Positions 54,730 through 64,000 of a DNA stretch of 64,000 nt are shown one piece after another. Numbering within the stretch: position 1 is the stretch's first letter; the number at the start of each line of letters is the position of its first letter. The notes beneath the pieces were generated by a model. It ran no database searches. It was not told the origin of the DNA and worked only from the letters and a program-made list of their open reading frames with translations. Source of the DNA: a virus; the IMG/VR virus record IMGVR_UViG_3300045806_000063, positions 96,001 through 160,000 of that record, one strand, 5' to 3'. The translations under genes were made by a program, and so were the position numbers.

Positions 54730-56505
54730 ATGGAACGTATAAGAAAATTAGAAGAACTTTTAAGCTGTAGGTATTCAGTTACACCACCTGCTCTCACTCA
54801 TCTGATTAAGAATGGTTGGGAGGGGGAGCATACAGTGACCATTGTACCTGATAGAATACATCGTATTATGTCCGATGAGAGCTGGGGGATATTCCTAGAC
54901 GGGTTCAAGAGGATGGTATTAGGTACTCCTTATAGGGATATTCTGGAGTTCATAGAGGAACTGGTCGTCCGTAACAATGGAGACGTACGACGGTACACTG
55001 GGTATTTACAGGATGCGAGAATTCCTTTTAGTGTTCGGCGTGGTTATATGGGCGAGAATTATGGGGCTAAGAAGATAGAGGGTGGCGGGCGTATGCGTGT
55101 TCCTGCTCCTAAACCTGGGACGATAGAGTTCATTATTGATACTGATGCAGTTGAGAATCGGCATGAGGTGTGGACTGATTTGTGCAGTGAACGACTAGTG
55201 TCACAGTCCTGTGAGGGAGCTGCTTGTGCTCTGGCTGATAGATTCATGCTTCCTGGTATTGACTTTACTACTATGGTCAAGTGTGAGAAGGAGAAAGGTG
55301 AGTCTACAGCACTTGAAAGTTGTATTGGGGAGTACTCAGTTACGATCCCTCCTAAGGGTAAGAACAGAATGTCTTTAGGGGGGTATCCAGTGGATATGCC
55401 GCCGCCGTTTCCGACACCTGTAGGGGTTAGGAAGCATTCTCAGATGGATAACGATAGCTGGGAAGTATATTCCAATGCATTTTCGCAAATGGTATTAGGG
55501 GTAGACCAACCCGGCATATTAGGGCGGGAGTTTAGTAGTGTTATGGAGTTCTTGAGGGGGTTTCCGAAACTTAATGGCAAAGATGGTATAGTGGTCCAAT
55601 TGAGCGGATACTCTTTACGGGAGGCTTCCATACCTTTTAAAATTATACGTGGATCAGCTGGAGTAGATTATAATGTTAATGTACTTAGGGAGGGGCAAGA
55701 TGGCGCTGTTCCAGCACCTAGGGATGGTACTTTGGAGATTATTATAGATTCCAGTGCTAACAGATGCATTCAACAGAGATGGGAGGAACAGGCATGTGAA
55801 CGCATGATCGCAAGGTCTGCCTCTGAGGCTGCGGCTGCGTTAATGGAGGTTTTTATGCTTCCGGATATAGAGTTTCGCTATGAAACTCCAGTAATACCAG
55901 TTATTCCAATGGGCTCGGTAGGGCCAGTAATAGATGAAAAAATAAATGATGGAGAACTAGAAATGGATACTAACTTAGCGGTTGTAGATCCGATATACCC
56001 AGATGCGGATGCTGATGGGGAATGCTTTCGTCCAGGATTAGAACCAGGGGAATTTGAGGTAGAGGAGGAGTTAAAGAACCAGCTGGCGGAAGAATGTGAC
56101 ACTGAAGACTCTCCTACTACTGAGAGAGGCGGAAGTAGTATCGAGGCTACGATAATAGTACAAGGAGAAAAGATGATACTAATCTTGTATACAGGTTTGG
56201 ACCCTAATGGCAGGTACCCGTTTGCGACTCTAGGCGTCCATGCTATCCATCCTGGTGAGAATACCCTGCCTCTTGTGTCTGTGGGTCAGGCCATTGAATG
56301 CGATGATGACGAAACTTGGGCTCTTGGCTGTGTGATCAACCAAGATATCTTTTATTCAACCGTAGCTACTATGACGGATTTTGGAGTATTGACAGGTATT
56401 GGGGTTATGTCAGTAGAGTTTACTGATGCACTGAACAGAGCACTGAATGTAATGGTGAGTATTGCGGATGTTAAATATTCTCGTATTCCGAGTAACAATC
56501 ATTAG
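54730..56505 (+). CDS. Hypothetical protein with a tandemly duplicated ~150-200-aa domain and acidic linker
   Basis: MSDESW...MVLG...ARIPF...VPAP..GTIE...FMLPGIDF and MDNDSW...MVLG...ASIPF...VPAP..GTLE...FMLPDIEF. Confidence 0.8.
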   Translation: MERIRKLEELLSCRYSVTPPALTHLIKNGWEGEHTVTIVPDRIHRIMSDESWGIFLDGFKRMVLGTPYRDILEFIEELVVRNNGDVRRYTGYLQDARIPFSVRRGYMGENYGAKKIEGGGRMRVPAPKPGTIEFIIDTDAVENRHEVWTDLCSERLVSQSCEGAACALADRFMLPGIDFTTMVKCEKEKGESTALESCIGEYSVTIPPKGKNRMSLGGYPVDMPPPFPTPVGVRKHSQMDNDSWEVYSNAFSQMVLGVDQPGILGREFSSVMEFLRGFPKLNGKDGIVVQLSGYSLREASIPFKIIRGSAGVDYNVNVLREGQDGAVPAPRDGTLEIIIDSSANRCIQQRWEEQACERMIARSASEAAAALMEVFMLPDIEFRYETPVIPVIPMGSVGPVIDEKINDGELEMDTNLAVVDPIYPDADADGECFRPGLEPGEFEVEEELKNQLAEECDTEDSPTTERGGSSIEATIIVQGEKMILILYTGLDPNGRYPFATLGVHAIHPGENTLPLVSVGQAIECDDDETWALGCVINQDIFYSTVATMTDFGVLTGIGVMSVEFTDALNRALNVMVSIADVKYSRIPSNNH

Positions 56506-56756
56506 GTAATATGTCAGATACCGTATTCGTACCAGATGTAGTGTTAGATCCAGTAATGCAATGATTTAATAAATCATTGTCATCAAGTATAGGATGTACC
56601 TGGATTCAAATTTCACTAAGAAATATATTATCTTAGTGATGGCAAATATAATGGAGTAATAAAAAATAAACAGATAAGTTAATACTATGTCAAAAATACC
56701 ACTCAATCGTAACTGATTGAGTACCATCCCGTTGTAAAAAATATATAGAGGTAAGT

Positions 56757-58664
56757 ATGTCAGAAGTAAGACAAGAAACATTAGGAACAAACCGTACCAG
56801 CGGTGATCAAGTAAAGCAAGAAAGACCAGAAAGAGGTCCTTCTCGTAGACCAATTGAAGATGCCCAAGGTGAGCGTAAACCACGCCCATCTTCCAAGCTG
56901 TTTAATCACTCCATGGCGGGTAGCAGAAGCACTGCTGATCTGGAAGAGATAGTAAAAACGTTTGAGGCTATCTGCAAACAATATGCAGAAGTTGAGAACA
57001 TCGTCATTGAAGTAAAACCAATCAGCCACAATCTGGCAATTCCAGCAATCCTGTTGATCTATCGGGAAGGCTCAAATAAGGTACGATATACCGCACTCTT
57101 ACCATCTGGTATGCTGCAGGGCACTATTGCTGACAAAGAAGAAAATGAAAGAGGACAAAAATTTTACACTCCTCGATTTGCAGCAGATCTTTGGCCTGGC
57201 CTTATGGAGGATACAGCGGAAGATCTAATCAACCGTACGTACTTCAATGGTAATGCCCAGAAAGGCTGGATACGACTCTGTAGTGTTATCGTACTGCCAG
57301 AGCATTCCGATTATCGTCAGTTAAATACTGCGATTATCGCATTTGATCATGGAGTTACTGCACTGTTGGCAATTTCTCGTTTGGAGAAAGGTGAGTCTAC
57401 AGCCTCATACTGCTATCAGGATTTTGAAGATCGGGGCATGAAATTGTCAGGGATTGCTGAAGTCAATCCGACTGGTACAATTCTCAGTACCTTAGGTGAG
57501 CCACTGGCAGTGGATTTCAAATTATCAGTGTTAGCAAAAACTGTAAACAATGGTTCAGAGAATCTGCATGATACTGGCACTAGCATTGCGATAACGACAG
57601 TTTATGGGGCTATCGACTTCCAGCTTCTGCCGGAAGAAGAAGAAGTCAAAACCATTAATCGGGATAAGTTTTACCCAGTGGTAATTCCTAAACTGATCAT
57701 TAAGCAATCAAGTTCGGTTAATCCGAACAACCCAGAAAACACAGATTGCTTGATGTCTCAAATCCTGGGGCTGTTAATGGTCCGTCTCTACTCTGAGAAG
57801 CCTGAGAGATGGGGCCAGATGTTTGAACCCGATAATGCTTCTCAGAACAACAATATTGGCGCCTTGGGTCTGGTCGGCAATCCGTACGCTGATACTACAC
57901 TGGAGTTAGGAGTTCACAATGTTGTGAGTAAAGTCACACATGGCCGAAATGCTGGTGGAAAACTGGTAGCTGATCTACTGAATGAGTATTGTTCAGTAGC
58001 TCCAATGATTATATTGGAAATTCCAGAAGGTGGTCCTCTTGAGGCCCTCCAGAATTATCTGGTGGAAGAGACTAGTGCAAACTATTCGATTATTGCTAAC
58101 GAACTGTCAAGTTTCGTTGGGGTTCCAGATAGCTTTGCTGAAGCCTGGGAAAGTGAAGGTGGACCAGCAAGAATTCCGATCTTGGAATTAGAATCGCCAC
58201 TGAACTTACCATTGATTCGCTACACCGGCCATGCGGAAGCAGGTGGTATTCTCCATGATCCAAATGAAATCGATCTGTTACATCTGTTAAACGTAGGTGT
58301 ATCGATGGATGTTATTCAAGATTATGACCAGTTGCATTCACCGGGTGCAAACCATCCAGCTGAACTTAATCAAAGGTATAGTAACATTAAGCGTGTTCTT
58401 GATAATGCTAAAATCACTGGAACCTCAGTGCAATATTGCATTAATATGGACTGGTTAAACCTGGTAGATGATTTCCTCGGGAGCTATGGCATAACCATTG
58501 ATTTGGATGAAGGTCTGACCTTTGGTAATAATGCTTTCGGTCTGTCACGTGGTGGTAGTAGCAAACATGCGGAAGGTTCTGCTATGTTCCGCCGCAGTGG
58601 TCTGTCACGGACTCGTACTTCCCGTCCTATTGGTGGTCTGAATTCAAGCAGACGTTCATCTTAA
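56757..58664 (+). CDS. chmA: Chimallin, phage nuclear shell protein (phiKZ gp54-like)
   Basis: 635 aa, charged disordered N-arm, Gly/Ser/Arg-rich C-tail, high-expression codon bias, strong hairpin after it, immediately upstream of nvRNAP beta' (gp54-gp55 synteny). Call rests mainly on synteny and size. Confidence 0.75.
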   Translation: MSEVRQETLGTNRTSGDQVKQERPERGPSRRPIEDAQGERKPRPSSKLFNHSMAGSRSTADLEEIVKTFEAICKQYAEVENIVIEVKPISHNLAIPAILLIYREGSNKVRYTALLPSGMLQGTIADKEENERGQKFYTPRFAADLWPGLMEDTAEDLINRTYFNGNAQKGWIRLCSVIVLPEHSDYRQLNTAIIAFDHGVTALLAISRLEKGESTASYCYQDFEDRGMKLSGIAEVNPTGTILSTLGEPLAVDFKLSVLAKTVNNGSENLHDTGTSIAITTVYGAIDFQLLPEEEEVKTINRDKFYPVVIPKLIIKQSSSVNPNNPENTDCLMSQILGLLMVRLYSEKPERWGQMFEPDNASQNNNIGALGLVGNPYADTTLELGVHNVVSKVTHGRNAGGKLVADLLNEYCSVAPMIILEIPEGGPLEALQNYLVEETSANYSIIANELSSFVGVPDSFAEAWESEGGPARIPILELESPLNLPLIRYTGHAEAGGILHDPNEIDLLHLLNVGVSMDVIQDYDQLHSPGANHPAELNQRYSNIKRVLDNAKITGTSVQYCINMDWLNLVDDFLGSYGITIDLDEGLTFGNNAFGLSRGGSSKHAEGSAMFRRSGLSRTRTSRPIGGLNSSRRSS

Positions 58665-58674
58665 CGTAACACTA

Positions 58675-58703
58675 GGGTATAGAGCACGATGTGCTCTATA
58701 CCC
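58675..58703 (+). terminator. Hairpin terminator after chimallin
   Basis: GGGTATAGAGCAC-GAT-GTGCTCTATACCC then TTTTTTT. Confidence 0.75.
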
Positions 58704-58733
58704 GTACTTTTTTTATTATTAAGAAAGGAAAGT

Positions 58734-60311
58734 ATGGCAATCTATATCGATATACCAAATTTCGATGAGATATTTGAGGCGTTTGAAGCGAGTGAAGGAG
58801 TTATCCTACTCAACGATGTACCATATGTTACAGAGGAGGATAAAGTTCTATTTCAGTCGTTAATAGTAACTGAAACAGAAAGTGATGTGCTTTCATCTGT
58901 TCCAAAATGCAGATGTGGTAAATATCAAAATGCTTATAACGCAGGAGATGGAACAACCCCTGGTAGAATTTGTGAAGTATGTAATACGGAGGTGCAGTAC
59001 CCTGCAGAGGAGACAATTGATTCAAAGGTATGGATACGAGTACCAGATGGAGTAGAAGGATTCATTTCCCCATACTTCTGGAACAAGTTAACCACGTTAG
59101 CAGCTTCTACTAAGGGTCTTAATATCTTACGCTGGGCAATCGATCCTAAAGTAGCAGTACCGTCTAATGCAGGAGAGGTAGTAAAAGAAAAGATAACATA
59201 TCTCACTAATTGTAACTGGGTAAGAAGTCTTAATTACTTCATTAATAACTGGGAAGTATTTTTTGAAATGATTCAAAGTACGACTCCTCGTGCTAAAAGG
59301 TCAGCAGTTAAAAGTGATCTTGATATTCTAAGAGGTTATTCTAAATTATTCTTTCCTAAATATCTCCCACTACCTACAAAGGCATTGATGATTATCGAAA
59401 AGACTAATGTGGGTAATTATGCAGATACTGTTACCATGTCTTCTGCCATGGCTGCGGCAAAGACAATTGGCGTTATTAATGCACCAAGAGGCCCTTCTGC
59501 TAAACCATTTTCAATAAAACGTCTAGAGATAGCAACTGTAGATATCTGTCAAAATCTTACAGGATATTGCCAGGTAGCCTTTAAGACAAACATCTGTGGT
59601 AAGTCTGGTTATTTACGAGGTAATGGTTATAAAGCACGATGTGATTGGACCGCTAGGGGAGTAGTTACATCTATACATACTCCACATGACTATGCTGAAC
59701 TACACCTTCCCTGGGTTCAGGGAGTGGAGTTATTTAAGATACATTTGTATAACAAATTAATTAAGAAGCATAACTTTACCCATAGAGCTACAATCCTCAA
59801 ATTGAAACAAGCGGTAAACGTATACGATCCGCTGATAGATACTTTATTTAAGGAACTGATAGCGTCTGGTAAGATTCTTGATCGTAAGATCACTTGTGAT
59901 ATGGACTTCTATATTAGTAGAGGGCTTACTAAAGAACAAGTTGAAACGATTACCCTACCTAAAGTAGGTATACCGGTAATGTTTCAGCGAAATCCAACTT
60001 TGGGCATGGGTTCTGCACAACTACAAGCGTTAACAAGGATTAAAACAGATCTATCGGATAAGTCAGTGTCCCTTAGCGATCTTGTTGCTACAGCGTACAA
60101 TATGGACCATGATGGGGATGCGATGAACTTGACTCTATTATTGCAGCCTCGTTTTGTTGAAGCATCAGAGCCGATGGATATACGGTATGTGATTCATGAC
60201 ACTGTCAAGTTGGGTAAACTGAATGACAATGTTAAACTACCAGACCCTGCATGTATGACATTAGGGAACTTTGTGAATCAGCGATATCATGAGAATTTAA
60301 AATCCCATTAA
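58734..60311 (+). CDS. Non-virion RNA polymerase beta' subunit, N-terminal part (phiKZ gp55-like)
   Basis: Zn ribbon PKCRCG...CEVC, GKSGYLRGN, RCDWTARGVVTS, FQRNPTL, catalytic NMDHDGD; ATG 58734 with AAGGA RBS. Confidence 0.9.
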   Translation: MAIYIDIPNFDEIFEAFEASEGVILLNDVPYVTEEDKVLFQSLIVTETESDVLSSVPKCRCGKYQNAYNAGDGTTPGRICEVCNTEVQYPAEETIDSKVWIRVPDGVEGFISPYFWNKLTTLAASTKGLNILRWAIDPKVAVPSNAGEVVKEKITYLTNCNWVRSLNYFINNWEVFFEMIQSTTPRAKRSAVKSDLDILRGYSKLFFPKYLPLPTKALMIIEKTNVGNYADTVTMSSAMAAAKTIGVINAPRGPSAKPFSIKRLEIATVDICQNLTGYCQVAFKTNICGKSGYLRGNGYKARCDWTARGVVTSIHTPHDYAELHLPWVQGVELFKIHLYNKLIKKHNFTHRATILKLKQAVNVYDPLIDTLFKELIASGKILDRKITCDMDFYISRGLTKEQVETITLPKVGIPVMFQRNPTLGMGSAQLQALTRIKTDLSDKSVSLSDLVATAYNMDHDGDAMNLTLLLQPRFVEASEPMDIRYVIHDTVKLGKLNDNVKLPDPACMTLGNFVNQRYHENLKSH

Positions 60312-60314
60312 GTT

Positions 60315-60578
60315 ATGAAAAGTACTAATAGTATCGTATACGCTGAACCTGGCGACAGATTAGACCATTTTGTTTATGGGGTAGGTTTAATTCACATAGT
60401 AACACAGACCGATACCAGTATAACGATTGAACTGGAATGGGAGGATGAACCTGCACCTACTAAATTACGTTTCTCAAAACGTAAACTTCCAGATAAGGTT
60501 GTACTTATTAAAAATAAATTTGATCCAACGGAGGATGAATGTTTAAAAATGACAAGCATATTAGTAAATGCGGGATAG
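60315..60578 (+). CDS. Hypothetical protein
   Basis: 87-aa ORF in operon. Confidence 0.6.
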   Translation: MKSTNSIVYAEPGDRLDHFVYGVGLIHIVTQTDTSITIELEWEDEPAPTKLRFSKRKLPDKVVLIKNKFDPTEDECLKMTSILVNAG

Positions 60579-60901
60579 TGGTTTTACATTACCTGGATTT
60601 TCTACAGCTACACTCTAGTGCTGTGGATATTATATTCAGTGTAACTGAGACTGGAGCTATCGGAAGGGCACTGATAGAGAGGAGTGGTAAGACATTAATT
60701 GAGAATGTTCCAATTGAGACAATTGTAAAAGTTGTAGGGTCAGAACCTTTCTCAGCTACAGTAAACAACCACTTATACATCACCAAAGAACAAGTAACTC
60801 ATTTGAAAAAGTTACTTGGGATAGAGGAGGTTTCTAAACCTAAACAGTGTTTCTTAAGGAAACTCTTTAAACTGTTACTAGGTAAAATTACACACTACTG
60901 A
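60539..60901 (+). CDS. Hypothetical protein
   Basis: 120-aa ORF, start uncertain. Confidence 0.55.
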   Translation: MFKNDKHISKCGIVVLHYLDFLQLHSSAVDIIFSVTETGAIGRALIERSGKTLIENVPIETIVKVVGSEPFSATVNNHLYITKEQVTHLKKLLGIEEVSKPKQCFLRKLFKLLLGKITHY

Positions 60902-60915
60902 GTTGGAGACCACGA

Positions 60916-61533
60916 ATGGCAAAAGCCATAGGGATATCTAAATACGGAGACGTAGGTAACTATCTATTCTTTCAGCCAACGGATAAAGTTCAGAGCCGCA
61001 TCAGTAATAGATTTCAGAATTTCGTAGCTAATGCTCGTAATAGCGATGATCAATTTATTGACTCTGTTACTGAAAGGTTCAATAATGCAGTAGAAAATCA
61101 AACTCTGCGCATTGATGACTTGTTTAAGCAGCGGATAAGTTCTGTATTCAAAACAAATAAGATACGACATCTGTCTACTATCTCTGATATACAAGAAGCT
61201 CCTGACATCATGAGACGATGGATAATGGCCGCTCCTGTAGTAAGGGAAAGGTATCAGAATAAAGTTATGTCTGGTTATTCTGGTAAGTTTGATGACCCAT
61301 TTCCTAATCAAAGACCAGGACCACGTCATCACGATTACAGACGTGTCATGAACGGGATAGTATATCGGGAAGAGGATGAATTAGTTACTCATCGATATAT
61401 AGACGGTTTTAATACCACGGAGTTAACAACTGCAGAAAAAGCATATATACTGAAAGCTTGGTCTGTTATGGAACAAGCACTTAAAGATGGTGACAATAGC
61501 GACCCTACCAGCGTATGGAATGGGTTATTGTAA
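60916..61533 (+). CDS. Conserved jumbo-phage protein
   Basis: IQEAPDIMRRWIMAAP, GYS, HHDYRRVMNGI, DPTSVWNGLL. Confidence 0.7.
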   Translation: MAKAIGISKYGDVGNYLFFQPTDKVQSRISNRFQNFVANARNSDDQFIDSVTERFNNAVENQTLRIDDLFKQRISSVFKTNKIRHLSTISDIQEAPDIMRRWIMAAPVVRERYQNKVMSGYSGKFDDPFPNQRPGPRHHDYRRVMNGIVYREEDELVTHRYIDGFNTTELTTAEKAYILKAWSVMEQALKDGDNSDPTSVWNGLL

Positions 61534-61579
61534 ATTAACTAGCTCCTTAACCGGAGCTTATTTTTAGAGGAAATAAAAA

Positions 61580-62164
61580 ATGGCTTTATATACAGTTTTA
61601 GAAAGTAATCTGATCGGTCCTCGAGTAGTTAACTTCCTTGATAAATGCTATGCTACGAGAGAGGAAGTAGAAACAGCGAAAGCAGAAATGTTAGAGGAGG
61701 AAAGAAAAACATATGGTGATAAGGTAGCTGTCTATTACACGACAGAAGCGGTATTTACTACACTTACCAGAGATCTCCTTAGTGCATTTCTGATTTTAAA
61801 CGATTTCCAGAAAGTCCGTAAACAGATTAACCCTGACGCAGTAGTACTTTCGCATAATGCACTTCCTCCGATAATGCTAGTTAGTTTGCACAGGCTGTAT
61901 ATGTCGAGGCTAGTTTTGTCAGAGTCCTTGTACTCTGAACATCCATCGGTGAAGTTAGCATCGGAATTAGGATTGAAAGATCTTACTGGATGGATCAATA
62001 GCGTATTCATCCTCTGTGCAAAAAGTGATAACCCTAAAACATGGGAAACTATTATTAAGAATAAGGAAGGGGAACTGAAAGCTATTCAAACAGAAATTGA
62101 GGAAAGCTTCAAAGCTATTCCAGGTGCCGATTCTGATCAAGTAGAGGATATTGAGAACGGCTAA
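61580..62164 (+). CDS. Hypothetical protein
   Basis: 194 aa, GAGG RBS. Confidence 0.7.
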   Translation: MALYTVLESNLIGPRVVNFLDKCYATREEVETAKAEMLEEERKTYGDKVAVYYTTEAVFTTLTRDLLSAFLILNDFQKVRKQINPDAVVLSHNALPPIMLVSLHRLYMSRLVLSESLYSEHPSVKLASELGLKDLTGWINSVFILCAKSDNPKTWETIIKNKEGELKAIQTEIEESFKAIPGADSDQVEDIENG

Positions 62165-62324
62165 TGATAGAAAAAATAAAGATATTGATAGCTGTAATGG
62201 TTATATTCTCGGCTGTCTTAAAGAACAGATTAATTAAAAAATCTAAGCAATAATAATACATGGCTGGCACACATCTTGTGTGCCAGCCATGTAAAATAGG
62301 TAGGATTTTTTTTGGAGCGTTATA

Positions 62325-62717
62325 ATGAAAAATATAGTTTGGCCTAGTCTCAATGGGGAAGGATGGATAACTGACCCAGCTAGAATATTGAATACCTCAT
62401 TTGCACACACACTAGCATCTGATGTGATACAAACAGGTATATATAGCGGTAGCATAACTTCGATGACTGATATCATAGTTAGAAATCAGAACAACCCTAC
62501 CGATCTAATGCATGCGTTAGAAAATGCATATACTGTATTTTATAATCGTATATTTGATAGTTGTGTGGTAAATGCTACGTATAACCTGAATCCTGATAGC
62601 AGTTATAGTGTTAATCTCGCTATCGTGGTATACAAAGACTCTGTACCATATTCTTTATCTTACACCGGTCCAATGGATGTAAGTTCTTTACAAGCAGCTA
62701 TACAGGGGTTAACCTAA
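62325..62717 (+). CDS. Conserved jumbo-phage protein, probably virion
   Basis: PSLNGEGWITDP, SDVIQTGIYSGSITS. Confidence 0.7.
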   Translation: MKNIVWPSLNGEGWITDPARILNTSFAHTLASDVIQTGIYSGSITSMTDIIVRNQNNPTDLMHALENAYTVFYNRIFDSCVVNATYNLNPDSSYSVNLAIVVYKDSVPYSLSYTGPMDVSSLQAAIQGLT

Positions 62718-63269
62718 ATGAGTAATATTGAAGGATTTTGGAATAAACGGTACACTACCGATGCTTATGAGCAGATTGATGCCGAAGAATTAAAAATAAC
62801 TAGTTTAAATAGAATCCCTCAAAAGGTATTCATTAATAACTACCTCCTTGGGTTATTAACTGACCCTGTTAATTTTAGATTAAAATGGTGTAAGGAGGTT
62901 TCGTCATCTCCCTTCCATGAAGTCATCATGGTTAACGATTCTAATGAGGTACTCTGTATCATTCCACCATTGCGCGTAAGTGGCATTGTTGAAGAATTTA
63001 AAAACGATGTACTTACAGAAGCAATTCACATGTATGAGAAAACAGGAAAAGAAAATGGAATGCCTCGACAAGCTGATAGGGCTTTAGATAGCTTATTGAA
63101 AAAGGAAATAAAGATAGATATGTCAATGACACCGGAGATTGTGAAACGATGGAGAGACGTAGTAATTCTTTGCGGTTATGAACATTTGTTAACTGAAACC
63201 ATTGATGGTAATAAATCTGCATCCGTGGAATTCTTTCAAGGTATTGATGATGGTATTTTATTGGATTAA
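62718..63269 (+). CDS. Conserved jumbo-phage protein
   Basis: IPQKVFINNYL, WCKEVSSSPFHEV, LCIIPPL. Confidence 0.7.
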   Translation: MSNIEGFWNKRYTTDAYEQIDAEELKITSLNRIPQKVFINNYLLGLLTDPVNFRLKWCKEVSSSPFHEVIMVNDSNEVLCIIPPLRVSGIVEEFKNDVLTEAIHMYEKTGKENGMPRQADRALDSLLKKEIKIDMSMTPEIVKRWRDVVILCGYEHLLTETIDGNKSASVEFFQGIDDGILLD

Positions 63270-63272
63270 TAT

Positions 63273-64000
63273 ATGACCACACTTAGAATATTGTACGTTT
63301 CAGACATACATCTTTTAAGTCCAACAGTTTCTACGAGTTCACTTATAGCTAACCTTGACCGATACTTTAATGTACAGACACTTAAAGGTGTAGACTGTTT
63401 ATGTTTTGGAGGAGATATAACTGACAGGTTAGCAACTCTGCCAGATCCTAGAGTGTTTGAAATTCAGCAATGGGTTTATAGATTGCTCTCTGCTTGTGCT
63501 GTGAATGGTACATTAGTTAGAGTATTAGCTGGAACTAAATCCCATGATTTTAATCAGGGTAAGATTTTTGAAGATATAAATGTTTTAGCAAACATAGATT
63601 GCGATGTTAGATACTTCAATGATATATCCATCGAGTTTAATGAGAAACTTGGTATCTCCATTTTATATGTACCTGATGAGATCCGTGGAGATACCAAACA
63701 GACTGAGAATGAAGTAGCAAGTCTATTAAGGCGATATAACCTAAAGCAAGTTGATATAGCGTTGATGCACGGATACTTTAGCTATCAGACCCCGGAAGCT
63801 TTACAGAGCCATGATGAAAGTTTCTACTGCTCTATAGTGAAACATTTTATATCTATCGGCCATGTTCATACCTATTCCGAATATGATATAATTTTTGGAC
63901 AAGGTAGCTTTGACAGGAAGGCACAAGGTGAAGAAGGAGATAAAGGTTTTGTAGAAACTATCATTGACTTAGCCGATCCAAGAAAGAACATTAAAAAGTT
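63273..64000 (+). CDS. SbcD/Mre11-like metallophosphoesterase nuclease (truncated by window end; not in the ORF track)
   Basis: MTTLRILYVSDIHL, FGGDITD, LAGTKSHD, YVPDE, ALMHGYF, ISIGHVH, QGSFDRKAQGEEGDKG. Confidence 0.85.
   Translation, partial: MTTLRILYVSDIHLLSPTVSTSSLIANLDRYFNVQTLKGVDCLCFGGDITDRLATLPDPRVFEIQQWVYRLLSACAVNGTLVRVLAGTKSHDFNQGKIFEDINVLANIDCDVRYFNDISIEFNEKLGISILYVPDEIRGDTKQTENEVASLLRRYNLKQVDIALMHGYFSYQTPEALQSHDESFYCSIVKHFISIGHVHTYSEYDIIFGQGSFDRKAQGEEGDKGFVETIIDLADPRKNIKK

Noticed and set aside
1-64000. tRNA, rRNA, group I intron, intein or homing endonuclease
   Set aside because: No cloverleaf or LAGLIDADG/HNH/GIY-YIG/intein motifs noticed; RNAP, terminase and polymerase ORFs are uninterrupted (the nvRNAP beta' lacks the intron known in phiKZ). 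Not verified with tRNAscan.
1-64000. Stop-codon reassignment
   Set aside because: Core genes are full length under code 11 and TAG, TGA and TAA all end genes; the one in-frame TAG before a conserved fragment (41376) is better explained by decay

Overview
64 kb of a phiKZ-like, nucleus-forming jumbo phage (Chimalliviridae-type), AT-rich, standard code 11, with no tRNA, CRISPR array, intron, intein or integrase seen. Core genes were recognised from motifs and phiKZ-like gene order; phiKZ gp numbers are recalled, not searched. They include: a gp181-like tail muralytic protein (runs off the left edge), virion RNAP beta' and beta, head protease, tail tube and sheath, gp28/27/26-like virion proteins, large terminase, PhuZ, family B DNA polymerase, chimallin, non-virion RNAP beta' and an SbcD-like nuclease (runs off the right edge). 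Accessory blocks between them sit in a stereotyped frame of repeated early promoter/leader modules and long perfect palindromes. Top finding: the virion RNAP beta' (5361-9005) is a 1214-aa polyprotein. A complete ~547-aa RNAP subunit is followed by GNAT, inorganic pyrophosphatase, a second GNAT and an Arr-like ADP-ribosyltransferase, with a G-[LI]-E-S-L motif at each of the four boundaries. This matches the phiKZ-type head-protease site and suggests effectors are packaged by hitch-hiking on the RNAP and released by proteolysis. Second: two ring-nuclease-type anti-type III CRISPR loci, an intact Csx20-like gene in a 63-bp direct-repeat-flanked cassette (53814-54218) and an unannotated AcrIII-1/DUF1874 C-terminal remnant (41379-41528). 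Third: short in-frame pieces of core genes (terminase, gp28-like) are copied into accessory ORFs. All family calls are by eye and need HMM or structure confirmation.
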